Origin: Snowella sp.
GTDB lineage: Bacteria > Cyanobacteriota > Cyanobacteriia > Cyanobacteriales > Microcystaceae
Direction of reading: 5' to 3'
Assembly: GCA_035285545.1 (NCBI GenBank)
Contig: JAYKGY010000009.1
Coordinates: 1 to 30,929 of the forward strand
DNA: 30,929 nt
Part shown: positions 1-9,647 of the stretch, in pieces
Layout of the letters: each line of letters begins with the position of its first letter
How positions within the stretch are numbered: the first letter of the stretch is position 1
Program-made: the position numbers and the translations under genes
Notes under the pieces: model-generated
Told to the model about the DNA's origin: nothing
Databases searched by the model: none
Seen by the model: only the letters and a program-made list of their open reading frames with translations

Positions 1-123
1 TAATCGTTTCCGAGGCATCCTTATTCGATGGGCCAAATCTTCTCAATCCTACTTGGGCTTTATTCAGATTGCTGCTTGTTTGATCATCGGCCGCAAACTT
101 CTCACATTTTTCGGATAGGTTCT
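1..123 (+). mobile_element. 3' end of an IS5-family insertion sequence (transposase C-terminus 2..118 plus probable right terminal inverted repeat)
   Basis: Frame from base 2 reads NRFRGILIRWAKSSQSYLGFIQIAACLIIGRKLLTFFG* (TAG 116-118), resembling the IS5 transposase C-terminal pattern (N)RFRxLxxRWxK..YLxF. The stop lies inside TTTTCGGATAGGTTCT, which looks like an IS5 end, followed by TAA. Exact end uncertain by 1-2 bp. Not in the ORF track. Confidence 0.8.
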
Positions 124-159
124 AAGACTGGGGGTTAATCAGCCGTCAATAAACCGTTA

Positions 160-1128
160 ATGCTGCCTATGTCTCGACAAATTACCTATAGTCCTGCCTA
201 TACCCTAGTTCCGACCTATGAATGTTTTAATCGCTGTGAGTATTGCAACTTTCGGGTTGATCCGCAGCAAGACATCTGGATGACCCTTGGCCAAGCTCGA
301 AGCACTTTAACGTCGTTACAACCGCACGGCATTTGCGAAATTCTCATTTTGAGCGGCGAAGTCCATCCCCAATCCTCTCGTCGTCAGGCTTGGTTTACCT
401 TAATTTATCAACTGTGTGAACTGGCCTTATCCCTCGGTTTTTTGCCCCATACCAATGCCGGGCCGTTAAGTTTTAGTGAGATGGAACGCCTCAAACAAGT
501 TAATGTTTCGATGGGGTTAATGCTAGAGCAAATCACGCCGAATCTCTTAGCCACTGTTCATCGCTATGCCCCCAGTAAACGCCCGGAAGTCCGATTACAG
601 CAATTGATCTGGGCAGGAGAGTTGAAAATTCCTTTTACCACAGGGATCCTATTGGGCATTGGGGAAACGGAACAGGATTGGTGGCAGAGTTTACAGGCGA
701 TCGCCGAAATCCATCAGCAATACGGGCACATTCAAGAAGTCATTCTTCAGCCCCACTCTCCAGGAACCCAACAATCCCTGAAAAATCCCCAATTTTCCAG
801 CAGTCAATTACCCCAAATCATTACCAAAGCGAGGGAAATTCTCCCCGATACCCTTACCCTACAAATTCCCCCGAATTTAATCTCCGATCCCCACAGCTTA
901 TTGGCGTGCCTGAGTGCAGGAGCAAGGGATCTGGGCGGCATCAGTCCCATTGATGAAGTCAATCCAGATTATCCTCATTTAAAGATGGATTACTTAACTA
1001 CCGTTTTGACCGAACACGATTGGCAATTCGTGCCGCGTTTACCCATTTATCCCCAATACTACGATTGGCTATCTCCAGAATTACACAAAAATCTGGAGCA
1101 GTGGCTAACCAAACTGAGCAAAAATTAA
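160..1128 (+). CDS. cofG: FO synthase subunit CofG (7,8-didemethyl-8-hydroxy-5-deazariboflavin synthase), radical SAM
   Basis: ITYSPAYTLVPTYECFNRCEYCNFR (CxxxCxxC), LPHTNAG, SMGLMLE, IPFTTGILLGIGE, DLGGISPIDEVNPDY motifs typical of CofG. Start may be ATG169. Confidence 0.93.
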   Translation: MLPMSRQITYSPAYTLVPTYECFNRCEYCNFRVDPQQDIWMTLGQARSTLTSLQPHGICEILILSGEVHPQSSRRQAWFTLIYQLCELALSLGFLPHTNAGPLSFSEMERLKQVNVSMGLMLEQITPNLLATVHRYAPSKRPEVRLQQLIWAGELKIPFTTGILLGIGETEQDWWQSLQAIAEIHQQYGHIQEVILQPHSPGTQQSLKNPQFSSSQLPQIITKAREILPDTLTLQIPPNLISDPHSLLACLSAGARDLGGISPIDEVNPDYPHLKMDYLTTVLTEHDWQFVPRLPIYPQYYDWLSPELHKNLEQWLTKLSKN

Positions 1129-1148
1129 TTTCTGACCGTTAATCTAAT

Positions 1149-1544
1149 CTAGGAAGCTAACTGACGGTGATTCAGAGCCGATTCAAAGAAATCTATCGTC
1201 TGAGGCTTAACCCACCGTTGTTGAACCGCGATATTTCCAAAACTCCGTTTGCTTCTAATTTGTTCCTGCCGAATCAGTTCAATTTGTTGATCGCTTAATA
1301 AACCGGCTTCCTGTAGACAATATTCGAGAGAATACTCACGCCCCTGCGCTAGCAATTGATTCCACCGAGTAATAAAAAAATCAATCGTCTGTTGCTTCAA
1401 CCAACCATGAAGAACCAATACATCTCCTAATCGCATTCCATAGGCCTGTTGATCAATCAAGGCAATTTGAATTTGAACATCCGAGATAAGATGGGCATCC
1501 TGTAGAAGAACCCCCAGGAGCTTTTGATTAATTACATTGTTCAT
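1149..1544 (-). CDS. Small protein composed of four MshEN-like motifs (putative c-di-GMP receptor), paralog A
   Basis: LLGVLLQDAHLISDVQIQIALIDQ-QAYGM-RLGDVLVLHGWLKQQTIDFF fits the 24aa+5aa+24aa MshEN layout. The second half repeats it degenerately. AGAGGTAGG RBS-like sequence upstream. Confidence 0.75.
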   Translation of the reverse strand: MNNVINQKLLGVLLQDAHLISDVQIQIALIDQQAYGMRLGDVLVLHGWLKQQTIDFFITRWNQLLAQGREYSLEYCLQEAGLLSDQQIELIRQEQIRSKRSFGNIAVQQRWVKPQTIDFFESALNHRQLAS

Positions 1545-1670
1545 AAATCCACCTACCTCTTTCCCTACGTTAGTCCTTGTCGTTAGGACTGGAGAAAATT
1601 TATAAAGTTTCTTGCTGTTCTACCCTTATTATATTCAGATGGGAGAATGAGACTGAATCATCAAGGACAG

Positions 1671-1690
1671 TTGTTAAACTTGCTTAACAA
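1671..1690. promoter_or_regulatory. Inverted repeat TTGTTAA-N6-TTAACAA upstream of paralog A, candidate transcription-factor site
   Basis: Perfect 7-bp arms, about 40 bp upstream of a minus-strand TATAAT (1628-1633). Confidence 0.4.
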
Positions 1691-1857
1691 AGCTTCATTA
1701 AAATGGCTCTAACCCGTTGTTTTTGCAATGAATAGTTGTTGCTTATTGAGAGTTAGTGGGGATTGATAACGAGCAAAATTCTTGAATTGTAAAATCCCGA
1801 AAGTGTTTCAATCAATTAAATTCAATGGGCTTAAGCGAGTCTGGATTGTTTATTGTT

Positions 1858-2256
1858 TTAAGAGGCCATTAACTGGTTTTGACTCAGTGCGGCTTGGAAG
1901 AACTCCACCGTATAAGGATGAAGCCATTTCTTTTGAATGACAATCCGATCAAAACTAAGATTGCTCTGCGCTTGTTCCTGCCAAATCGCTTGGATTTGCT
2001 GCTCATCGAGTAAGCCCGCCGAATAAAGACAAGAAGCCAAGGAATACTCCCAACTTTTTTCGAGCAATTGGTTCCAGCGATACAGGAAAAAGTCAATGGT
2101 TTGTGGCTGAATCCAGCCGTGAAGAACCAAAATATCGCCTAGTGCCATTCCATAGGCTTTCTGGTCAACCAATGCGATTTGAAATTGAAAATCAGAGATA
2201 AGATGCGCTTCTCGTAAAAGAATGCCCAAAAGTTTTTGGTTAATCGGGTTGTGCAT
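1858..2256 (-). CDS. MshEN-like repeat protein, paralog B (tandem duplicate)
   Basis: About 62% identical to 1149..1544 by manual alignment (about 82/132). RLG is replaced by ALG. AGAGGTAAG RBS-like sequence upstream. Confidence 0.75.
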   Translation of the reverse strand: MHNPINQKLLGILLREAHLISDFQFQIALVDQKAYGMALGDILVLHGWIQPQTIDFFLYRWNQLLEKSWEYSLASCLYSAGLLDEQQIQAIWQEQAQSNLSFDRIVIQKKWLHPYTVEFFQAALSQNQLMAS

Positions 2257-2380
2257 TGTAACTTACCTCTGACGTAGGTTTTATCACTCATGAGATTATT
2301 TTTTAGTATGGCGGTCTGGGATCTACGTTAATGTCTAACTTCCTGTCTAAGTTGTCTAACTTCAGGAGCTTGCCTTGAAG

Positions 2381-2422
2381 AAAATAAAAAAATCCTCCCT
2401 GAGTTTAAATTTCAGCGGGAGG
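2381..2422 (-). terminator. Intrinsic terminator downstream of ftsH
   Basis: Hairpin CCTCCCTGAG...TTCAGCGGGAGG (2394-2422) followed on the minus strand by a T-rich tract. Confidence 0.65.
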
Positions 2423-2458
2423 CATGGGAATGATTGAAAATTAACTGAAGGAGTTCCC

Positions 2459-4351
2459 CTAACTTTGCATCACTAATACTTTGTCCTGTTTCTTCTGATA
2501 TTGGTCTACGAGTTGCCGAAACTGGTTTCCATCGATGGTTTCTTGTTCAATTAAGAGATCAACGGCTTGATCCATTAGGGCCCGATTGTCTTGGATAATT
2601 TGGTGGGCTTGCTGGTGGGCGGCCTGGATAATGGATTGAATTTCTTTATCGACTTTCGCCGCAATTAGTTCAGAATATTCGGAGCGTTTACCCCAATCTC
2701 CCCCAACAAAGGTTTCATTTTCATTTTCTAAGGCGACTAGCCCCATTTCCGACATGCCCAGTTTGGTCACCATTTGTCGAGCGAGGTAGGTGATTTTTTC
2801 GATATCATTTCCGGCCCCTGTCGTAATTTCTGCATCTCCAAAGATGACTTCTTCGGCCACTCGTCCGCCTAATAGTCCTGCAATACGGGCTAAAATTTGC
2901 GATCGCGTCATCAGCCCCTGTTCTTCATCGGGGGTAAACCAGGTTAACCCTTGGGCTTGTCCCCTGGGAATAAGGGTGACCTTCTCAACGGGATCATGGC
3001 CAGGCGAGAGGGTTCCCACCAACGCATGGCCCACTTCATGGTAAGCAATCAACCGTTTACTCTTGCTATCGACAAGAGGCGTGCCTTCCATCCCGGCAAC
3101 CACCCGATCAATGGCATCGTTAATTTCATCCATCGTAATCGCCTCTTTACGGCGGCGGGCCGTGAAAATTGCCGCTTCGTTCATCAGGTTGGCTAAATCA
3201 GCTCCTGTAAAACCGGGTGTCCGTTTCGCGATCGCTTCTAAGTTGACTTCGGGGGCAATCTGTTTATTTTGGGAATGGATCTCCAGAATTTTGTGACGAC
3301 CGTTGAGATCGGGATAATCTACCGTTACTTGCCGATCAAACCGTCCAGGACGTAATAGGGCCGAATCCAGAACATCGGGGCGATTGGTTGCTGCAATCAC
3401 GATAATCCCTGTATTCCCTTCAAAGCCATCCATTTCGGTTAAAAGCTGGTTTAGGGTTTGTTCGCGCTCATCATTTCCGCCGCCGTAACCCACTCCCCGT
3501 TGACGGCCAACGGCATCAATTTCATCGATAAAAATCAAACAAGGGGCGTTTTCTTTGGCTTTTTTAAATAAATCTCGTACCCGTGATGCACCGACCCCCA
3601 CAAACATTTCCACAAATTCTGAACCTGAAATGCTGAAAAAGGGAACTCCCGCTTCTCCCGCGATCGCCTTCGCTAATAAGGTCTTTCCTGTCCCTGGAGG
3701 CCCCACTAACAAAACCCCCCGTGGAATCTTGGCTCCAATGGCCGTAAACTTTTCAGGCTGTTTTAGGAATGTCACCACTTCCTGGAGTTCTTCCTTGGCT
3801 TCATCAATGCCGGCCACATTGTCAAATCCGACCCCCGTTTTAGCCTCCATTTGAAAACGAGCGCGAGACTTACCAAAACTCATGGCCTGACCCGATGCCT
3901 GGGTAGAACGACGAACAATAATAATCAAAAACCCAATTAATACCCCCACAATTAAGAGATGGCTTAATAAGCTAACTAAGGCCGAATGATCCGAAGATCG
4001 ACGAATTCCCCAATTCACCTGACTGTTTTTTAAGGTGTCAATTAACTCTGGGTTGGCTTTAAACAATCTAACGGTCTTGGGGGCATCCGCAGATTGACCC
4101 TTGAGAACGACTTTGGCTTTTTGGTTGAGGGGATCGATTTCTACCTGACTCACTTTGCCACTTTTAATATCTTTGTAGAGTTGCCCATAGGTCAGCGTTG
4201 CACTATCAGGGGTATTCGGTTTGGATTGCGCGAGGGTGGGAGTCGCCGCCACCAAAGATTGGACTAAAGCCCAACCTGCCACAATTTGAGCAAAGGAAGA
4301 CTTAGAGAAAAAGGGAGAGTGAGGCTGCCGTTGAGCGAGTCGTTTCATCAT
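2459..4351 (-). CDS. ftsH1: ATP-dependent zinc metalloprotease FtsH (FtsH1-type)
   Basis: Walker A GPPGTGKT, Walker [36 protein letters not shown] Zn motif. [13 protein letters not shown] and [23 protein letters not shown] match recalled cyanobacterial FtsH1. Confidence 0.92.
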   Translation of the reverse strand: MMKRLAQRQPHSPFFSKSSFAQIVAGWALVQSLVAATPTLAQSKPNTPDSATLTYGQLYKDIKSGKVSQVEIDPLNQKAKVVLKGQSADAPKTVRLFKANPELIDTLKNSQVNWGIRRSSDHSALVSLLSHLLIVGVLIGFLIIIVRRSTQASGQAMSFGKSRARFQMEAKTGVGFDNVAGIDEAKEELQEVVTFLKQPEKFTAIGAKIPRGVLLVGPPGTGKTLLAKAIAGEAGVPFFSISGSEFVEMFVGVGASRVRDLFKKAKENAPCLIFIDEIDAVGRQRGVGYGGGNDEREQTLNQLLTEMDGFEGNTGIIVIAATNRPDVLDSALLRPGRFDRQVTVDYPDLNGRHKILEIHSQNKQIAPEVNLEAIAKRTPGFTGADLANLMNEAAIFTARRRKEAITMDEINDAIDRVVAGMEGTPLVDSKSKRLIAYHEVGHALVGTLSPGHDPVEKVTLIPRGQAQGLTWFTPDEEQGLMTRSQILARIAGLLGGRVAEEVIFGDAEITTGAGNDIEKITYLARQMVTKLGMSEMGLVALENENETFVGGDWGKRSEYSELIAAKVDKEIQSIIQAAHQQAHQIIQDNRALMDQAVDLLIEQETIDGNQFRQLVDQYQKKQDKVLVMQS

Positions 4352-4550
4352 TCAATGGATAGAGGCATAATGATTTATCTTCCTATAATAGCCTGCCCAG
4401 AAAATGGGGAAGGAATCCAGGTTCGGTTAAATGAGATTTATTGATGACAATTCCTCATTTATTTGGCTTACCTCAATTTTTAGGCATTAATCAATCGTTC
4501 TTAAATCAATCTCTGTGCGTAAAATGGTTCCCCAATTGACCTAACTTAGG

Positions 4551-5531
4551 TTAGTTATTGAGCAGGGGTGGGGAAGGCTTCGGGGGAATCGGTGCTTCTG
4601 GTTTAAAACTGTATTGCAAAATGAGTGCCAATCCCAAGGTAATTAATCCCATCAAACTCATTAATCCTAACAATAGTTGCCGTTTCGGAATTTGATTCAG
4701 TTGATGAAAGTTATGACGGTTGCCTAAAAATGGCGTTAATACTTTGGGAGGGGGCGTGGGGATGTAATACTCTGATGGCGCAAGTTGGGGATCGTAATCG
4801 GGCGATCGCCGTTTATGAATTTCGGCAAATAACCAGTAAATGGGAGTCCCCACCCGAATTAATTGGAGTGTCGGAATCCCATCAATAACCGTAATCGGAA
4901 TTTCCGAATAAAACACTTGATAAGGGGCTTGTTGCGCTTTTAACTTCTGGAATAGCGGGGTCAGAGCTTTTTTTAAGCATTGCCATTGGAGCGGATGGGG
5001 GGACAAATAATCACACTTGGTCACAATCACCGCTAAGGGCAGATCGATGCCGTCTTGATGGAGCAACTCAATTACGGCTTCTAAAGGACGCAACAACTTC
5101 ATGAGAGCAAGAGGACTATCAGACGCTTTGACCAACGCCGGAGCCTCAAGAAACAAGCAGCACCCATCGGCATTAGCCAGTAGGGTTTTCAAAGACGCAT
5201 TGAGGGAATCGCACATTTCCCCTGGCGTATCCCACCATTGCACCCGTCCCACCGTTTTACTGCCCCGTTGATGGCGTTGTTTGAGGTCGAATCCAAAATT
5301 GGTGACTTTTAAGGTTGCAGGGGGATAGTCGCCGGTTTTGGCAACATAGCTTAAAATATGGTCAATCAGTTGGCGAACCTCTGGATTTTCACAATCAAAC
5401 CACAATAATCGCTGCTGGGCCTTGTCTTGGTGACATTCTAAATAACAAGACGCTAAAAAAACGGTTTTACCAACGCCCCGTTGACCAATACTCAGGAAGT
5501 TGTAGCGATTTAAATTGGCTGATTTGGTCAT
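4551..5531 (-). CDS. Uncharacterised TRAFAC-class P-loop GTPase with C-terminal transmembrane anchor
   Basis: G1 GQRGVGKT, G2-like PPAT, G3 WDTPGE, G4 TKCD. Pro-rich linker, hydrophobic LLLGLMSLMGLITLGLALIL near the C-terminus, and a Pro-rich tail. Confidence 0.7.
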   Translation of the reverse strand: MTKSANLNRYNFLSIGQRGVGKTVFLASCYLECHQDKAQQRLLWFDCENPEVRQLIDHILSYVAKTGDYPPATLKVTNFGFDLKQRHQRGSKTVGRVQWWDTPGEMCDSLNASLKTLLANADGCCLFLEAPALVKASDSPLALMKLLRPLEAVIELLHQDGIDLPLAVIVTKCDYLSPHPLQWQCLKKALTPLFQKLKAQQAPYQVFYSEIPITVIDGIPTLQLIRVGTPIYWLFAEIHKRRSPDYDPQLAPSEYYIPTPPPKVLTPFLGNRHNFHQLNQIPKRQLLLGLMSLMGLITLGLALILQYSFKPEAPIPPKPSPPLLNN

Positions 5532-5755
5532 AATTTCAATAAATAGACAATTCCAAGCAAAAATACGACGTTGACAGCAACATAAATTCTCTTATCCGCA
5601 GACAATCATACTCTTAAAGCTCTCCTCAAAAAATAAAGGAAAGGGAAATTGAAGACTGTAATGGATTTGGCTAACGGGAATGTATCAAATATTTACAGCG
5701 TAAGAGTAAGGTCGCGTCAATAGTAAAATGAAAAGGTTGTATTGATCCATGAACC

Positions 5756-7051
5756 GTGATAGAACGTTATACCCTGCCTGAGATGGGCGCACTCTGGACA
5801 GATGCCTATAAGCTAAAGACTTGGTTGGATGTGGAAATAGCAGTCTGTGAGGCCCAGGCTGAGTTGGGCTATATTCCCAGCGATGCAGTAGAAGAAATTA
5901 AAGAAAAAGCGAGTTTTGATCCGCAGCGAGTCTTAGAGATTGAAGCGGAAGTTCGTCATGATGTCATCGCGTTTCTCACCAATGTCAATGAATACGTAGG
6001 CGATGCAGGCCGCTACATTCATTTGGGGTTAACCAGTTCCGATGTGCTAGATACGGCGTTGGCGTTACAGTTAGTTGCTAGTCTGGATCTGATCTTGGGA
6101 CGATTAGAGGATCTGATTCAAGCGATCCGTTACCAGGCCCAGCAACATCGATATACGGTCATGGTGGGTCGTTCTCACGGAATTCATGCCGAACCCATTA
6201 CTTTTGGGTTTAAATTGGCCGGTTGGTTGGCGGAAGTATTGCGAGGACGCGATCGCCTGATTCGGTTACGGGAGACGATTTCTGTTGGCAAGATCTCAGG
6301 GGCCGTGGGAACCTATGCCAATATTGATCCGAAAGTGGAAGCGATCGCCTGCCAAAAATTGGGACTCAAGCCTGATACCGCCTCAACTCAGGTGATTTCC
6401 CGCGATCGTCATGCCGAATACATTCAACAACTGGCCCTGTTGGGAGCATCCTTGGAACGGTTTGCGGTTGAAATCCGTAACCTCCAACGTACCGATGTCT
6501 TAGAAGTGGAAGAATATTTTTCCAAAGGGCAAAAAGGCTCTTCTGCCATGCCCCACAAGCGTAATCCTATCCGTTCAGAACGCTTAACCGGAATGGCCCG
6601 CATTGTCCGTGGTCACGCTGTCGCAGCCTTGGAAAACGTTGCACTATGGCATGAACGGGATATTTCCCACAGTTCCGTTGAGCGGGTTGCCTTTCCTGAT
6701 TGCTGTATTTTGACCCACTTCATGTTGAAGGAAATGACGGATTTAGTCAAAAATCTGCTGGTTTATCCCGAAAATATGCAACGCAACATGAATGTCTATG
6801 GTGGCGTAATCTTCAGTCAACGGGTGTTGTTGACCTTAGTGGAAAAGGGACTGAATCGAGAAGAAGCCTATCGCATTGTCCAGGGTTGCGCCCATCAAGC
6901 CTGGAATACGCCTGAGGGGAATTTCCAAGCCTTAATTTCCCAAGATCCCCAGGTCACGCAAGTCCTCTCAACGGAAGAAATCGCCAGTTGCTTTGATCCG
7001 CAACATCACCTTAAAAATCTGGATCAAATTTATCAACGTTTGGATATTTAA
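5756..7051 (+). CDS. purB: Adenylosuccinate lyase
   Basis: MIERY start, HLGLTSSD, GRSHGIHAEP, signature GSSAMPHKRNP, ALWHERDISHSSVER. Confidence 0.98.
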   Translation: MIERYTLPEMGALWTDAYKLKTWLDVEIAVCEAQAELGYIPSDAVEEIKEKASFDPQRVLEIEAEVRHDVIAFLTNVNEYVGDAGRYIHLGLTSSDVLDTALALQLVASLDLILGRLEDLIQAIRYQAQQHRYTVMVGRSHGIHAEPITFGFKLAGWLAEVLRGRDRLIRLRETISVGKISGAVGTYANIDPKVEAIACQKLGLKPDTASTQVISRDRHAEYIQQLALLGASLERFAVEIRNLQRTDVLEVEEYFSKGQKGSSAMPHKRNPIRSERLTGMARIVRGHAVAALENVALWHERDISHSSVERVAFPDCCILTHFMLKEMTDLVKNLLVYPENMQRNMNVYGGVIFSQRVLLTLVEKGLNREEAYRIVQGCAHQAWNTPEGNFQALISQDPQVTQVLSTEEIASCFDPQHHLKNLDQIYQRLDI

Positions 7052-7075
7052 CCTTAATAAATGGATCCTTAAACA

Positions 7076-7100
7076 GGGACGTAACCATGCGTCCTTTTTT
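7076..7100 (+). terminator. Intrinsic terminator after purB (possibly bidirectional with bgtA)
   Basis: GGACGTA-ACCA-TGCGTCC hairpin followed by TTTTTT. Confidence 0.65.
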
Positions 7101-7118
7101 GATGATTTTGGATAATTT

Positions 7119-7874
7119 TTAATTAATACGGCTCAAAAAGGCTTTGAGGCGATCGCTGTTAGGGTTGGTAAAAACCTCATCCGGCGGGCCCGCTTCTTCG
7201 ACAATCCCTTGATTGAAAAACAGCACCTTATTGGAAACTTCACGGGCAAATTGCATTTCGTGGGTAACAACGGCCATGGTCATGCCTTCTTCGGCCAATT
7301 GTTTCATGACATTTAAGACCTCTCCCACTAATTCGGGATCGAGGGCACTGGTCGGTTCATCAAAGAGCAAAACTTCGGGTTTCATGCACAATCCCCGCGC
7401 GATCGCGACCCGCTGTTTTTGTCCGCCGGATAATTGTTCAGGATAGACATCAGCTTTGGCCCCTAACCCCACTTTTTCTAGATAGGTTAAAGCCCGTTCT
7501 TTGGATTCGGTTAAGGATAATTTCAGGACTTTTTGAGGGGCTAAAATTAAATTTTGTAACACAGTAAGGTGGGGAAATAAATTGAAATGTTGAAACACCA
7601 TCCCCACCCGAATGCGTAATTTGCGTAATTCTTCCTGACTAACTTTCGGCTCAGATAAGTCCACACCTGCCACCGTTAATTTGCCCCCACTAATGGTTTC
7701 AAGGCGATTCAAACACCGCAAAAAAGTACTTTTTCCACAGCCGGATGGGCCAATGATAGAAATCACATCGCCAGGATACATCGACCCATCTACGCCTTTT
7801 AATACCTGTAGCGATCCAAAGTTTTTTTGAAGGTTTTCGCAGACAACAATGGGCATGGCGGCTGTCATAATCAA
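7119..7874 (-). CDS. bgtA: Polar amino-acid ABC transporter ATP-binding subunit (BgtA/GlnQ-like)
   Basis: [41 protein letters not shown]. Divergent from the bgtB-like gene. Confidence 0.85.
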   Translation of the reverse strand: MIMTAAMPIVVCENLQKNFGSLQVLKGVDGSMYPGDVISIIGPSGCGKSTFLRCLNRLETISGGKLTVAGVDLSEPKVSQEELRKLRIRVGMVFQHFNLFPHLTVLQNLILAPQKVLKLSLTESKERALTYLEKVGLGAKADVYPEQLSGGQKQRVAIARGLCMKPEVLLFDEPTSALDPELVGEVLNVMKQLAEEGMTMAVVTHEMQFAREVSNKVLFFNQGIVEEAGPPDEVFTNPNSDRLKAFLSRIN

Positions 7875-7931
7875 TTTCCTGGGTTAATTGATAAGGTTTT
7901 CATCAAAATATCTAAAGCTTTTCCGCTTAAT

Positions 7932-7947
7932 TGTATGATAAATCACA
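7932..7947. promoter_or_regulatory. NtcA-like site in the bgtA/bgtB divergent promoter
   Basis: TGTA-TGATAAAT-CACA is GTA-N8-CAC, one mismatch to GTA-N8-TAC. TACTAT -10-like box at 7971-7976; the 24-nt spacer is slightly longer than usual. Confidence 0.45.
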
Positions 7948-8038
7948 CTCTCATTAGATTAGAGGATAAATACTATTTGAGAGATTGAAAGTCCTTAACG
8001 TTTTTCAAAAATAGGGAAAGGAGGAAAAGCTTAAAATA

Positions 8039-9598
8039 ATGTTAAATTTTAAATGGCTAGGAAAATTTCGTTACCTACTCCTTTTATTTTTAGGAGTCTT
8101 GTTAGTGACGGGATTTCCTTCGATTCCAGCCGTTTCCCAAGATGTTAATAAAACATTTGTCGTGGCAACAGAACCCTCCTTTCCGCCTTTTGAGATGACG
8201 GATGAAAGCACAGGGGAACTGACGGGGTTTGATATTGATTTAATTCGGGCCGTGGCGAAAGAAGCGGACTTAAATTTACAAATTGAAAGTTTACCCTTTG
8301 ATGGCATTATCCCTGCGCTACAATCGGGAACCATTCAAGCTGCCATTAGTGGCATTACCATTACCGCAGAACGGGCCCAGTCCATTGCTTTTTCCAGTCC
8401 CTATTTTAAGGCGGGCTTAGCGATCGCGGTTCGAGAGGACAATGACACGATCAAGAGTGCTGAAGATTTAGTCGGCAAACGCATTGCCGTTCAAATTGGC
8501 ACAACGGGTGCAATGGAAGCCACCAAAATTGCCCAAACCGAAATCACCAGTTTTGACTCCGCTCCCCTTGCTCTTCAGGAACTGGTTAACGGCAAAGTAG
8601 ACGCTGTGGTCAATGATGGGCCAGTAACCCTTTATGCCATTAAACAAGCCGGATTAAAAGGCATTAAAATTGCCGGACTGATTGGAACCGAAGAATTTTA
8701 TGGTATTGCCATCCCGCAAGCGAGGCCCGGCCAACTGAATGAAGTCCAACAACGGGTTAACTATGGCCTCTTTAAGGTCATTCAAGCCGGCACCTATAAC
8801 GCCCTCTATCAAAAGTGGTTTGCTGTCGATCCGCCCTTTTTGCCCCTCGTTGCTCCGGCGGTGATTGGCAAAGTGGATCAGTTGGCGACAACCGAAACGG
8901 CGGCCAAAGAATCCTTTTTTATCCTCCTCTTCCGTAATCTCATTCGTGGTGCAGGGGTGACCGTCCTATTAACGGTTTTTGCTGTTTTCTTTGGTTTAAT
9001 TGGCGGAACCTTGGTTGCGTTGGGTCTAATCTCCCATTTCAATATCCTCCAATGGATTTTCCGCATCTATGTGGAATTCTTCCGAGGAACCCCCATGCTG
9101 GTGCAACTGTTTATTATTTATTTCGGTTTGCCAGGGCTATTTAAGGAAATTGGGTTGGAATGGAGCTTAGATCGCTTTCCGGCGGCGGTAATTGCCCTGA
9201 GCCTGAATGTGGCGGCCTATTTAGCCGAAATTATTCGCGGGGGGATTCAATCCATTGATCAAGGGCAGTGGGAAGCCTGCCAATCCTTGGGCATGAGTCC
9301 TTTCCAGACCATGAAAGAAGTCATTTTTCCCCAAGCGTTTCGCCGCATTTTACCCCCTTTAGGCAATGAATTTATCACCCTCATTAAAGATACGAGTTTA
9401 ACGGCAGTAATTGGTTTTAGTGAGCTATTCCGGGAAGGGCAATTAGTGGTAGCCACAACCTACAAAGCCTTTGAGGTCTATATTGCGGTTGCCCTGGTCT
9501 ATCTCGTTTTAACCACACTCTCTTCCGTGGCCTTTAAATGGCTAGAAATCTATATGGATCCCGTAGGACAGGCTAAAAAAAGAGCGGCTTCAGCCTAG
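8039..9598 (+). CDS. bgtB: Fused substrate-binding/permease subunit of basic amino acid/glutamine ABC transporter
   Basis: Signal peptide and SBP family 3 domain (EPSFPPFE, GFDIDL, AVQIGTTG) fused to a HisM/GlnP permease (FFRGTPMLVQL, AEIIRGGIQSIDQGQWEA, LIKDTSL). Confidence 0.88.
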   Translation: MLNFKWLGKFRYLLLLFLGVLLVTGFPSIPAVSQDVNKTFVVATEPSFPPFEMTDESTGELTGFDIDLIRAVAKEADLNLQIESLPFDGIIPALQSGTIQAAISGITITAERAQSIAFSSPYFKAGLAIAVREDNDTIKSAEDLVGKRIAVQIGTTGAMEATKIAQTEITSFDSAPLALQELVNGKVDAVVNDGPVTLYAIKQAGLKGIKIAGLIGTEEFYGIAIPQARPGQLNEVQQRVNYGLFKVIQAGTYNALYQKWFAVDPPFLPLVAPAVIGKVDQLATTETAAKESFFILLFRNLIRGAGVTVLLTVFAVFFGLIGGTLVALGLISHFNILQWIFRIYVEFFRGTPMLVQLFIIYFGLPGLFKEIGLEWSLDRFPAAVIALSLNVAAYLAEIIRGGIQSIDQGQWEACQSLGMSPFQTMKEVIFPQAFRRILPPLGNEFITLIKDTSLTAVIGFSELFREGQLVVATTYKAFEVYIAVALVYLVLTTLSSVAFKWLEIYMDPVGQAKKRAASA

Positions 9599-9647
9599 TA
9601 AGTTCTTTCTTTTTAAATTTTGTGATTTTAGTGTGAGGAGTTTAATC

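Noticed and set aside
5681..5697. NtcA site upstream of purB (TGTA...TACA)
   Set aside because: The spacer is 9 nt (GTA-N9-TAC), not the required 8.
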